This document shows, piece by piece, positions 31,496-40,534 of a DNA stretch of 40,920 nucleotides. A program made the position numbers and the translations under genes. This DNA comes from Salmonella phage 36, in the sequence record KR296690.1, one strand, 5' to 3'. The notes beneath the pieces were generated by a model that did not search any database, had not been told where the DNA came from, and worked only from the letters and a program-made list of their open reading frames with translations. The stretch's first letter is position 1. Each line of letters starts with the position of its first letter.

Positions 31496-33468
31496 ATGAT
31501 TCCTAACATTGAAAAGCAGATTGCAGATCTGGGAGAGGAAAGGATTAAGGCAATCCAGAAGCGTTTCACGGTTGGTGAGATTGTCCCGTATGAATACCAA
31601 TGCGTTGCTTACGCTGAAATCGCAAAGCGCTTGAGCAAGTATGTTGATCCGTTTTTCGTAAAAGCGGCGGTGTCGGCAGGTAAAACAATCATCTTTGCTA
31701 TGGTTGCGGCTCAGTGCCGGAAAATGGGATTGAAAGCGTTATTTCTGGCGCGTCAATCTGAAATCGTGGATCAGGATTCAAAAGAGATTAGCGCCTTTGG
31801 TGTTCCGAATTCCGTTTATTGCGCTGGCCTGAATACCAAAGCGCTTATTTCCCGATCGTTGTCGGATCGGAAGGCACTGTAATTGGTGGATTGAATAAAG
31901 CGTTGGGTGATTACGTCCCACAAGTTTTAGGTATAGATGAATGTCATCAAGTCAACTGGAATGATATTGTTGAAGCCGAGGAAAACGGCGAAAGCATAGA
32001 GCAAATGATGACGCAGAAAGGTGAACCAGTTGAAGGGCATCCGTTGCTGATTGGTTCAGGTCGCGCACAATACACCATTATCATTGCAGAAATGCGCCGC
32101 CGTTGTCTTGAGACTTACGGGCATCAATTGCGCATATTTGGAATGACAGGATCGGAATATCGCGGGATTGAGCCGATACTTGTCGAAGATAAAAGAATTC
32201 CTGGATTTTGGCGTGAGCAGATCACAAACATTGATACTGATTACCTGGTAAAATTTGGCTCAGTTGTTCCAACTTATTTTGGCAATGTTGGTGATTTGGG
32301 TTACGACTTATCAGAATTTACGCCAGTGCATGAATTTGGCGTTGCTGATTATGACCAGAAGCAATTAAAGGCCATGAGTGACAAGATTCACCAATCAGGA
32401 ACCATGACGCAGAAAATAATGCAGATGGTTCATGAGGTGATGAAAAACCGCTTGTGTGCTCTTGTTACTTGCGCTGACGAAAGGCACTGTAAAGAGGCGG
32501 CGGCGGCGCTTCCGCCTGGCACGAAGTATCACATTATCACCGGAAAAACTGGAGAGAAACAGCGGCGCTTATGGCTTGATGATGCCTATGAAGGACGCGT
32601 GAAATACATCTTCCAGGTTCAGGCGCTAACAACTGGCGTGAACGTTCCGCCGTGGGATACTTCTGTTATTTTGCGTAAGATCGGAAGCCTTACGCTATTA
32701 ACTCAGCTTTTGGGGCGTGGTATGCGTCAATTAAAAACTTACCATAAAGAAGTATTGGGAATGCACAAAACAGATCACCTTGTTTTGGATTTTTCCGGCA
32801 CGATGTTTGAAATGGGTAATTTGTATTTCGATCCAATGTTAGAGCAAGCGCAATTCCAGTTGCGTAAATCACAGGATAAAGATCCGAAATATTGCCCGAT
32901 TTGCGGCACAGAAAATTCATTCTATGCTCGCCGTTGCATTAATGAGGATGAAAACGGAAATCGTTGTGAACATTTCTGGACGTTCCAGGAATGTGAGGAT
33001 CAGATTGATGACCGCACAAAGAAAGTTATTGTAAAAGGTTGTGGAGCAAAAAATGACGTTGCGGCGCGTGTATGCCGTTGCTGTAATGTTCAGTTACGCG
33101 ATCCAAATGATAACTTATCCGGCAAGATGTACCGTAAAAACGATTGGTGTGACGTGTTAGATTTTAATGTGACGCTGACAAAAAACCAGGCTGGAGTAAT
33201 ATTCTGCTACACGTTGCGTGATAGTGGCGGCGTAGAATTCAGGGCATACGAAAAATATTTCCCTGAATCAGAACACAAGATATGTAAAACGCTTTGGACA
33301 AAGGCGGTTAGAACACACGTTATAGATCGCCAGGCAGCAAACTTTATGATCACTTGCCGCAATGCAATCAAGATCATGAGTTATGCGGGGCAAATATTGC
33401 CGCCTAAACGCGTTACCCATCGCAAGAACACAAAGAAAGAAGATTTGATCGCACAGAAGGAGTTTTAG
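31496..33468 (+). CDS. SF2 DEAD/DEAH-type helicase with Zn-ribbon-like C-terminal region (frame change near 31830)
   Basis: FFVKAAVSAGKTIIFAMVAAQ (motif I), GIDECHQV (motif II), TGSEYRG, QVQALTTGVNVPPWDT and TQLLGRGMRQLK (motif VI), CPICGTENSFYARRC. Confidence 0.88.
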
Positions 33469-33470
33469 AG

Positions 33471-33875
33471 ATGGTTACTGACAAGGGCGATTATCTGGAG
33501 TATTACGACAAATCAGATCCAGATGACAGGAAAGAGGAAGCGCACCAGGTTGATTCTTATTCATGGTTAACATATGAGTTCCTATGTGGCTTGTTGGCAC
33601 ACCAAAACGAAGGGAAGAAAACCATTGGAACAGCCGTAAAGGATCAGCAAGCAGGTGTGAAAAAGGGAGTAAGCGACATTCTAATCCTGACTGGTTTTAT
33701 TGGATGCAAATATGCATTCATTGCCATTGAGCTTAAACGAGCAAACAAGAAAGGCACGAAAGTAAGCCAGGAGCAAAAGGAATTCTTACGACGCGTTAGG
33801 GAGTGCAGAGGATTTGCCGCCGTATGCTATGGTGTAGAGCAAGTAAAATTGGCTATCGCAGACGCTATCAAATAG
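33471..33875 (+). CDS. VRR-NUC domain nuclease
   Basis: AGVKKGVSDILILTGFIGCKYAFIAIELKRANKKGTKVSQEQKEFLRRV...GFAAVCYGVEQVKLAI. Confidence 0.85.
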   Translation: MVTDKGDYLEYYDKSDPDDRKEEAHQVDSYSWLTYEFLCGLLAHQNEGKKTIGTAVKDQQAGVKKGVSDILILTGFIGCKYAFIAIELKRANKKGTKVSQEQKEFLRRVRECRGFAAVCYGVEQVKLAIADAIK

Positions 33876-33915
33876 CACTTTTTGTTAAAACAGGCGCAAC
33901 GGAATGCGCCATAAT
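33873..33915 (+). promoter_or_regulatory. early intergenic element, copy D
   Basis: TAGCACTTTTTGTTAAAA - 19 nt - CATAAT, dyad GGCGCA-N6-TGCGCC abutting the -10-like box. Confidence 0.65.
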
Positions 33916-33946
33916 GCACCCATCAGAACGAAACGGAGAATTAACC

Positions 33947-34225
33947 ATGAAAAAGATGTTATCAGTAGTTGCTTTATCACTTGCCCTTGTCGGTTGCATG
34001 GATAAGCCAAAAACATATATTTGCGGAAATGAAGCGTTTGAGGTTACAGGCGACCATATGAAAGTTGTGCAAGGCAAAAGCACAGGCGTTGTAATGGATA
34101 ATATCAGCAAAAATCAATATAAGCTGTTTACTCCAATTGGGACGGCTTATTACACTGTTAACGATAGCACCATTGATATTAAAGTTGGCGTTTATCAGCA
34201 CACTCTAACTTGCGAGGTAAAATAA
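33947..34225 (+). CDS. small lipoprotein (92 aa)
   Basis: MKKMLSVVALSLALVGCMDKP: signal peptide II with lipobox LALVGC. Confidence 0.75.
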   Translation: MKKMLSVVALSLALVGCMDKPKTYICGNEAFEVTGDHMKVVQGKSTGVVMDNISKNQYKLFTPIGTAYYTVNDSTIDIKVGVYQHTLTCEVK

Positions 34226-34226
34226 A

Positions 34227-34963
34227 ATGGCTAAGGATTTTCAGGACAAAGCAACCATTGATACTTTTGAGCCGGAAATGGATTTTCATGAATTGCAATA
34301 CGGCAGATATTCAGATATTGCTTTGCGTTCAGGCGGTCATTATCAGCCAGTTAGAGAAAACCCATTATTTAAGGTTAGCGGCAACCGTTACGCAGGAAGT
34401 AAAACGCCGGACGTGTGCGCGATTTATGGGAAACACCAGATGAAATGTTGATTATCTTTCTGAACGTTACGGCAAATATGATCTTGATGCCGCAGCAACG
34501 GGAAGATAATAAAAAAATAGCGATAAGTTTACAGCAAGGAAACAAACTGCTTAAACGTTGGTTGGGTAGCAATAAGCATGTTTGGCTCAATCCGCCATAC
34601 AGCAATCCAGATCCGTTTGTGTTAAAAGCAATTGAGCAGATGGAACACGGAAACCAGATTGATATTTTACTTCCGGCTGACAACTCAACAGCATGGTTTA
34701 GCGATGCACAAAAACACGCGGCTGAAATTATCTGGATCACTGGCGAAACATGGGAAGAAGAAGGAAAACAATATTCCCGAACTGGTCGAGTGTCTTTTAT
34801 TTCTGGCATGACAGGTGAGCCAGTTAGCGGAAACAATAAAGGAAGCGTGATTTTTATCATGCGTCAACTGAAAGAAGGTGAGCAACAACAAACTCATTAT
34901 GTGCCAATTAGTGAAATTTGCCCTTCTGTTAAGAATAAACGCACAAAAGCGCGGAGTATTTAA
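34227..34963 (+). CDS. phage DNA N6-adenine methyltransferase (frame changes near 34410, 34447, 34501)
   Basis: Frame-corrected: SGNRYAGSKTPD-VRDLWETPDEMFDYLSERYGKYDLDAAATEDNKK...KHVWLNPPYSNPDPFVLKAIEQ (NPPY motif). Confidence 0.82.
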
Positions 34964-34965
34964 AG

Positions 34966-35229
34966 ATGGAAAAGATTGAAACTATTGTTGAAAATGGCGT
35001 TGAATATCGACGCGTTGAATTAACTGAACGTGGTTTATGGTTGCTTTATCGCGCTATGGTGTGCGATGCGATAGAAAAGGCGAATGAAACTGAAACAGTA
35101 GGATCTGATTTGTGGATGTTCACAGATGCGCTTGATATGAGCTTTGATGAAACAAAAGAGCTTGTATTGAACAAGTGGGAAGAAAAGATAAATCAAGATC
35201 TCAAAGAATTTTTAGCAGATCCCGAATAA
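34966..35229 (+). CDS. hypothetical protein (87 aa)
   Basis: ORF in series. Confidence 0.6.
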   Translation: MEKIETIVENGVEYRRVELTERGLWLLYRAMVCDAIEKANETETVGSDLWMFTDALDMSFDETKELVLNKWEEKINQDLKEFLADPE

Positions 35230-35270
35230 TAGCACTTTTGTTAAAAATGCCCCGCTTATGTGGGCATAAT
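35230..35270 (+). promoter_or_regulatory. early intergenic element, copy E
   Basis: TAGCACTTTTGTTAAAA - 18 nt - CATAAT, dyad TGCCC-N9-GGGCA overlapping the -10-like box. Confidence 0.65.
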
Positions 35271-35302
35271 CATTTCAACGAAACGAAACGAGGATTTGTA
35301 AA

Positions 35303-35467
35303 ATGAAAATTGTTAATGTTGAATATTTCAAAGATGCTCAATGGTTAGCAAGAGAATCTTTGTTTATGCTTGAGCGTAAAAACCCCAAAGTTATTGCGCA
35401 AATTCTTTGGAATGATGCTATGGAATTACTTAAAAAGGCTTACGGTCATGAAAGTAACGAAGGGTAA
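35303..35467 (+). CDS. hypothetical protein (54 aa)
   Basis: MKIVNVEYFKDAQWLARESLFMLERKNPKVIAQILWNDAMELLKKAYGHESNEG*, 73 nt after start of element E. Confidence 0.5.
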   Translation: MKIVNVEYFKDAQWLARESLFMLERKNPKVIAQILWNDAMELLKKAYGHESNEG

Positions 35468-35690
35468 AAAGGAAACCTGGGAGTTAGCGAAAAAAGGCGG
35501 TCTTGATGAAGGGATCGCCAAAGTAGCGCAATATTTCGACATTAAAGACGTGTGCGTTATTGTCGGTGATGAAATGGCATATGTGGATGAAAAGCCGCGC
35601 AAGGTTCATCGTGTTCCGGCAATTCCGACAACAATCGACTATAAAGAAGTGATCAACAAAACCAAAGAGCAAAGGAAATATTACAAGTGA
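35451..35690 (+). CDS. hypothetical protein
   Basis: MKVTKGKKETWELAKKGGLDEGIAKVAQYFDIKDVCVIVGDEMAYVDEKPRKVHR...; preferred over the 35370 start. Confidence 0.55.
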   Translation, partial: KVTKGKKETWELAKKGGLDEGIAKVAQYFDIKDVCVIVGDEMAYVDEKPRKVHRVPAIPTTIDYKEVINKTKEQRKYYK

Positions 35691-35770
35691 AAACAATTAA
35701 ATTCATGTTTGCTGTTGTCTTGCCGCCAATGCTGGCATGGTTTATGATGTACGCCGTTGTTATGAAATAA
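35687..35770 (+). CDS. 27-aa single-TM microprotein
   Basis: GTG start overlapping upstream TGA (GTGA); VKTIKFMFAVVLPPMLAWFMMYAVVMK*. Confidence 0.35.
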   Translation: MKTIKFMFAVVLPPMLAWFMMYAVVMK

Positions 35771-35783
35771 GAGGATTTGTGAA

Positions 35784-36897
35784 ATGAGTGCGGCAAAAAT
35801 TACGGATGAACAACTTATTGCAGAAAGGGAAGCAGGTTTAAAACTGCGTGAGATTGCGGAAAAATACGGAATGAGCTTGCGCCAGGTTGAGCACCGACAC
35901 AGCAAATTGGCTAAACGTGGGGAAATATCAACAATAGGATCGCCTGGCTTTGCTGTTATTGGCGAATCAAAGTTAGTTGATAAAGATGGTAACACTAAAC
36001 TAACTTGGATTAAAACGCACAAAGATAAAGAGCAATTAGAGGCAATCATGCAAGCGGCTATGGCTGCATTTTCGGAAGAAGTGCCGCGCATTAAGCCGCA
36101 CGACGAAAAATTACTGATTACTCGCAAACGCTGGCGTTATATCCGATCTTTGATATCCATATTGGCGCAATGGCTCATAAGCATGAAAGCGGTGAGAATT
36201 ACGACACTGCAACGGCGGAAAACGTAATGAATGAGTTTTTCGATTATGCAGTTGATAAAGCGCCGAATAGCGAAAAGGCTGTATTGCTGATTGGTGGTGA
36301 TATGATTCACAGCGACGGATTAGAAGCCGTCACACCTGCAAGCGGTCACGTATTGGATCAAGATTCACGTTATGCAAAACTGGTTTATGTTGCCATTCGC
36401 GCCACGCGTCGAGCAGTAAGCCGGATGCTTGAAAAGCATAAAGAAGTTGAGATCCAGATCATTGAGGGTAATCACGACCAATCAGGAATGATCTGGCTAC
36501 GTGCTGCAATGGCGGCGGCGTATGAAGATGAACCGCGCGTAATGTTGATGTTTCTCCGCGTGTAGTGCATCACACGCAATATGGAAAAACATTCCTGGCT
36601 TATCATCACGGTCACACTGTACGCAAGCCAGAAACGCTTTTAATGATGTGTGCAGCGGATTGGCGGGAAGATTTCGGAAACTCCAATTCAATGTATGCGC
36701 ATGTAGGGCATTGGCATCATCAGACCGTCACGGAAACGAGCTTAGGCATTGTTGAGGTTCATAGCACTATGGCGGCTAAAGATGCTTATGCGGCGCGTGG
36801 CGGTTGGCGTTCACGCCGTAGAGCGGCGGTAATTATCTATGATAAGGAATATGGCGAGATAGGGCGCTTCATGTTCTACCCTGAAATGATTGCATAA
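35784..36897 (+). CDS. calcineurin-like metallophosphoesterase with N-terminal HTH (frame changes near 36128 and 36543)
   Basis: N-terminal MSAAKITDEQLIAEREAGLKLREIAEKYGMSLRQVEHRHSKL; corrected FDIHIGAMAHKH, LIGGDMIHSD, IIEGNHDQ, AYHHGHTVRKPE, HVGHWHHQ cover the MPE metal-site motifs. Confidence 0.8.
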
Positions 36898-36915
36898 TTA
36901 AATTATCACCTAAAA

Positions 36916-36945
36916 AGGCTGGCTAAATGCTGGCCTTTTTTTTGT
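36916..36945 (+). terminator. Rho-independent terminator
   Basis: AAAAGGCTGGCTAAATGCTGGCCTTTTTTTTT. Confidence 0.6.
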
Positions 36946-37008
36946 TTTTGTTCGTTAATATAATCAGACTATTTTGTATTGACATTTTTAACATTAAGGG
37001 ATCTTATT

Positions 37009-37233
37009 ATGCGTGAATTTCTAAACATGGCTACTTACTCAACTGGCGGATCTGCTTTTGCAGGTGCGGCAACAGGGCAAGTTATTTTGGGATTACTGAC
37101 GTTCATTTTCTTTCTGTTATTTGGATTTTGGGGCGCATGGCTAAAATGGCGCGATAGCAAAGCAATTCGCAATGCGCTTGATTCTGGCGATCTCAAAACC
37201 GCTTTGAAATTGAGGAATAAGGAGCGAAATTAA
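37009..37233 (+). CDS. putative holin
   Basis: 74 aa, single TM ([23 protein letters not shown]), charged C-terminus, directly upstream of the endolysin. Confidence 0.65.
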   Translation: MREFLNMATYSTGGSAFAGAATGQVILGLLTFIFFLLFGFWGAWLKWRDSKAIRNALDSGDLKTALKLRNKERN

Positions 37234-37726
37234 TGACAATCAAAAAACAATTGCCGCTACCATAACGGGCGCGGCTTTAATGATGGCATCGCCCTTGATT
37301 GAAGAAATTGAGGGCGTGAGGTATAAACCTTACAAGGATATTGCAGGAATCTGGACGGTATGCCACGGCATCACCGGAAAGGATGTGATATTAGGAAAGG
37401 AATATACCAGGCGAGAATGTGACGCGCTACTTGCAAGCATATGAAAGTTGCGGCTGACGCTGTTGATAAAGCGGTTAAGGTTGATATTCCTATTTCTATG
37501 AGAGCGGCTTTGTACTCATTCACATTCAACGCCGGAACAGGGGCATTCAGGAAAATCAACCATGTTGAAGAAGATCAACAATGGTGATTTGTATGGTGGT
37601 TGTGGCGAGCTTTGGAACTGGACATATTAACCGTAACCCGAAACGGGCAAAAAGGAAAAATCAAAGGGATTGAAGAATCGCCGCGCTGTTGAATATAAAT
37701 ATTGTGTAATGGGTCTGAATAAATGA
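37233..37726 (+). CDS. GH24 endolysin, probably signal-arrest-release type (broken near 37250, 37440, 37575, 37640)
   Basis: Corrected frames: [46 protein letters not shown]...[48 protein letters not shown]...[19 protein letters not shown]. Confidence 0.85.
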
Positions 37727-38112
37727 AAAGAAAATTACTGGCTATTATGATGTGCATTGCTCTTTCTGGTTGTTCAGCTTCAAGCGTGTTACCTGGTCTG
37801 ATTGGTAGCAAGCCTGATATAACGGCACAAGCTGGAGCGGAGAATGTGAAACAGACTGTTGGTGTAACCGCAAAGCAGGATACATCAAGCAAGCAGGAAA
37901 CCACATTCAAAGAATCGGCAGTTGGTAAAGTTGACACATCCAATAAAAAGCAGGTGAGCACCTCAAGCATTAAGGCGGATAACATCACGGCTGAAAGAAT
38001 AGAAATTCGCAACAATGACGGCCTTAACGTTCCGGCAATCGCAATGGCTGTATTGATGTTTATTGCTGGTATGTTGGCAGGTTGGACACTAAAACGTAAT
38101 AAGGCGGCATAA
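37723..38112 (+). CDS. unimolecular spanin (lipoprotein with C-terminal TM)
   Basis: Lipobox CIALSGCSA at the N-terminus and VPAIAMAVLMFIAGMLAGWTLKRNKAA at the C-terminus; ATGA overlap with the endolysin stop. Confidence 0.8.
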   Translation: MKRKLLAIMMCIALSGCSASSVLPGLIGSKPDITAQAGAENVKQTVGVTAKQDTSSKQETTFKESAVGKVDTSNKKQVSTSSIKADNITAERIEIRNNDGLNVPAIAMAVLMFIAGMLAGWTLKRNKAA

Positions 38113-38123
38113 GCCGCCTTTAT
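38101..38123. terminator. bidirectional terminator between convergent operons
   Basis: AAGGCGGC ATAA GCCGCCTTTA. Confidence 0.65.
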
Positions 38124-38124
38124 T

Positions 38125-38322
38125 TTATTCAAATTTTCTTACGTGAATAAGCAATTCACCATCGTGATTTGTCATTTGATGCTCTTGATCCCCAAACGCT
38201 CGCATATCACTGTAAAGCAATAGCATTAGAGCATAGACAAAATCATCATGCGGAATTTGCATTGCTGAACTTTCTTTCAAAATAAGATCTATCAAATGCT
38301 GGCTTGCTGAATAATTCTTCAT
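38125..38322 (-). CDS. hypothetical protein
   Basis: ORF (65 aa). Confidence 0.45.
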   Translation of the reverse strand: MKNYSASQHLIDLILKESSAMQIPHDDFVYALMLLLYSDMRAFGDQEHQMTNHDGELLIHVRKFE

Positions 38323-38470
38323 CGCTCATTTTCTCAATGTTCATCATTTCGGAAATGTACACATTTTTATCACCTTCCAGACTATACAACTCAAAATTAA
38401 ACGGCCTTTTCATATTGTTTTTGCACCAGTAAACACAGTGAGCGCCGTCAATATATCCATATCCCATCAT
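38246..38470 (-). CDS. hypothetical protein
   Basis: ORF (74 aa) overlapping the previous; one of the two may reflect a frame error. Confidence 0.4.
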   Translation of the reverse strand: MMGYGYIDGAHCVYWCKNNMKRPFNFELYSLEGDKNVYISEMMNIEKMSDEELFSKPAFDRSYFERKFSNANSA

Positions 38471-38517
38471 TCGAGCTATAAACTCTTTGCTTGAGCTTGA
38501 TGCGAAATAGCGGGGCG

Positions 38518-38637
38518 TTACCCCCGCATTTTAGCCAGCCTTTCACACTCGCGGTGGCGGAATATAAATCTTGCTAATTCCTGGCGGTTGAATTTCTCGC
38601 GAGACTCACAAAAGCGATACAGATCTAATAAGAACAT
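38518..38637 (-). CDS. small hypothetical protein (39 aa)
   Basis: MFLLDLYRFCESREKFNRQELARFIFRHRECERLAKMRG*. Confidence 0.35.
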   Translation of the reverse strand: MFLLDLYRFCESREKFNRQELARFIFRHRECERLAKMRG

Positions 38638-38639
38638 GA

Positions 38640-40218
38640 TTACCCCATTAACGCCGGATTGACATAAACAAATTTACCCACGCTGCAAACATAATTCTTT
38701 TCTTCAAGCATTGGCAATAATTGTTCCTCAATTCGTTTCATCACGCCTGATTGACCTGTAAACGGCTTAACCTTACGCGCACTTTCATAGATCGCTCTTG
38801 CATTGGTAACGCCTTTATTTTGACGTGAGATCTTAATGATGATTTCAATTAACTTGCTCATTTCGGCATCATCGCCAGCGTGACCGGAAGCATTCGCGGC
38901 GTTAATATATGTTTTGCTTAATTCGCTGAACATCACCAAAGCCTCTTGCATTGTCTCAACTTCAATTTCTCGCGACTTTTGCGGCGTACCGTTTGGATTA
39001 AACCAATTTCGGATCGTGTGCAATACTGACGCAATGCGTATCACTTGTTTATCCATTTTACCCAAAGCACCACGCAGCATTGTATGTGAATATTTTCCGC
39101 CGTCTGCTAAATCTGGCTCTAATTGCTGGCGAGCAATATTTAATACACGCATTGCAGAACGTGACGGCTTCAATACAACATTTTGCTCAGTCATGATGTT
39201 ATGAATCAACTGAAAATATTGCGCCTTTAATTCTTTATTAACTGGCGTGTAATCAAGATCACCATTTTCATCAATAAATACACGCTCGCCTAACATTGTT
39301 TTTTCACGAACAAGCAAGAAACGTTCACTAACACCGATACCCCGCGCCCCCGCATCCATGATCCCTTTTATTGTTTCATCCTGGGCAATTACGCTCATGC
39401 AGCCCAACGCAACAAAACTCATGTTGTTTTCAGAGTTGGCGCGAGCGATTGAAACGTGTCCGGCGTCCCATGCTTTTAGAACCAATTCGCTGTTAGTCTT
39501 GCGATCACTATTAGCGTAAGTCAATCCGAGTAAGCTGTTGATGCTAGTTGCTTCATCGGAAATGACAGCAAAGTTACCCTGGCGATTGTTGATCTTTGCT
39601 AACCCTTCCGGCGTGGTGTCTGATACCGGAAAAACGATATCGCACATTTTTCTAACTTTTCCTCTAATTCCTCCTTTTCCTCAAACAGAGCCGCTAACTC
39701 AGTGCCGGAACGTTCAGCTTTCAATTCCTTTTCAACGCCTTTTAATTTCGCTGCGATCTTCTTTCGCTCTTTCTTGCGTTGTTCGTTGATTCGCTCAACT
39801 TCACAGACCATTGGCGCAATAGCCAGGCTGTTGATTGCTGATTTACCAGTTGATGGCGGCTGACTGGTTACAACATAAAGCGCCGTTGGTTGTTCAGTGC
39901 CGTGATACTCAACTTGGAAGCGTCCAACCATAGCGGCGGAAACGCAACCAATGAAATGCATATAGGCCGATGATTCAGGAAATGAACAGATTGCGCAATG
40001 CTACGTGACAGTTTACCCACAACATCAACATCATTACCCAAAGAGATCACAGGATAACGGTCATTAGCGCCGTTGATATCCTTCACAGGTTCCCAAAAGC
40101 TTGACGATTGGCGGTAGCCGTTCGACTGAATAGCAACGCGAAGCGGCGATGTTCCCTGCGATTCTGCAATAGCTATAACTTGTTGAGGTGTCAATTTGTT
40201 GGTGTCAAAGTCAAACAT
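38640..40218 (-). CDS. DUF3987-like protein, replicative helicase/primase-associated (broken near 39640 and 39920)
   Basis: Joined: MFDFDTNKLTPQQVIAIAESQGTSPLRVAIQS..., LYVVTSQPPSTGKSA (Walker A-like), ISDEATSINSLLGLTYANSDRKTNSELVLKAWDAGHVSIARA, C-terminal SRQNKGVTNARAIYESARKVK. Confidence 0.7.
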
Positions 40219-40245
40219 CTAAAAATCTCCTTCTTGTTGCCGCTA

Positions 40246-40288
40246 ATTATAACGGCAACATTCTACAGCCTTTTAGCAATTCGTGCTA
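40246..40288 (-). promoter_or_regulatory. early intergenic element, copy F
   Basis: Minus strand TAGCACGAATTGCTAAAA - 19 nt - TATAAT, dyad GTTGCCG-N10-CGGCAAC enclosing the -10. Confidence 0.65.
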
Positions 40289-40534
40289 TTTGATCGGCTC
40301 AACCATGGCTAATAACTTTCCGTCTATAATGCTATGACATTCAAGCGTTTTAGGATCGAATTCAAGCGAGCGATGGAACGTATGACCAATCAGCAAATAT
40401 GAATGCTTATCCCTGATGCGATAGACCGTTTCACCTTCCTTTAATGAGGATATCGAACTGAAAACAACCTTGTAACGGTATTTTTGCATGGCCTCAGAAC
40501 GGTGAGGAATGTAATCTTTTTCCGGTAAACTCAT
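40286..40534 (-). CDS. hypothetical protein (82 aa)
   Basis: ORF; its TAG stop is the TAG of element F. Confidence 0.5.
   Translation of the reverse strand: MSLPEKDYIPHRSEAMQKYRYKVVFSSISSLKEGETVYRIRDKHSYLLIGHTFHRSLEFDPKTLECHSIIDGKLLAMVEPIK

Noticed and set aside
38500-38535. Possible seventh early element upstream of the 38470 minus ORF (CTAAAATGCGGGGGTAACGCCCCGCTATTTC)
   Set aside because: The TAGCAC half is absent and the hexamer is poor; not counted among the six copies.
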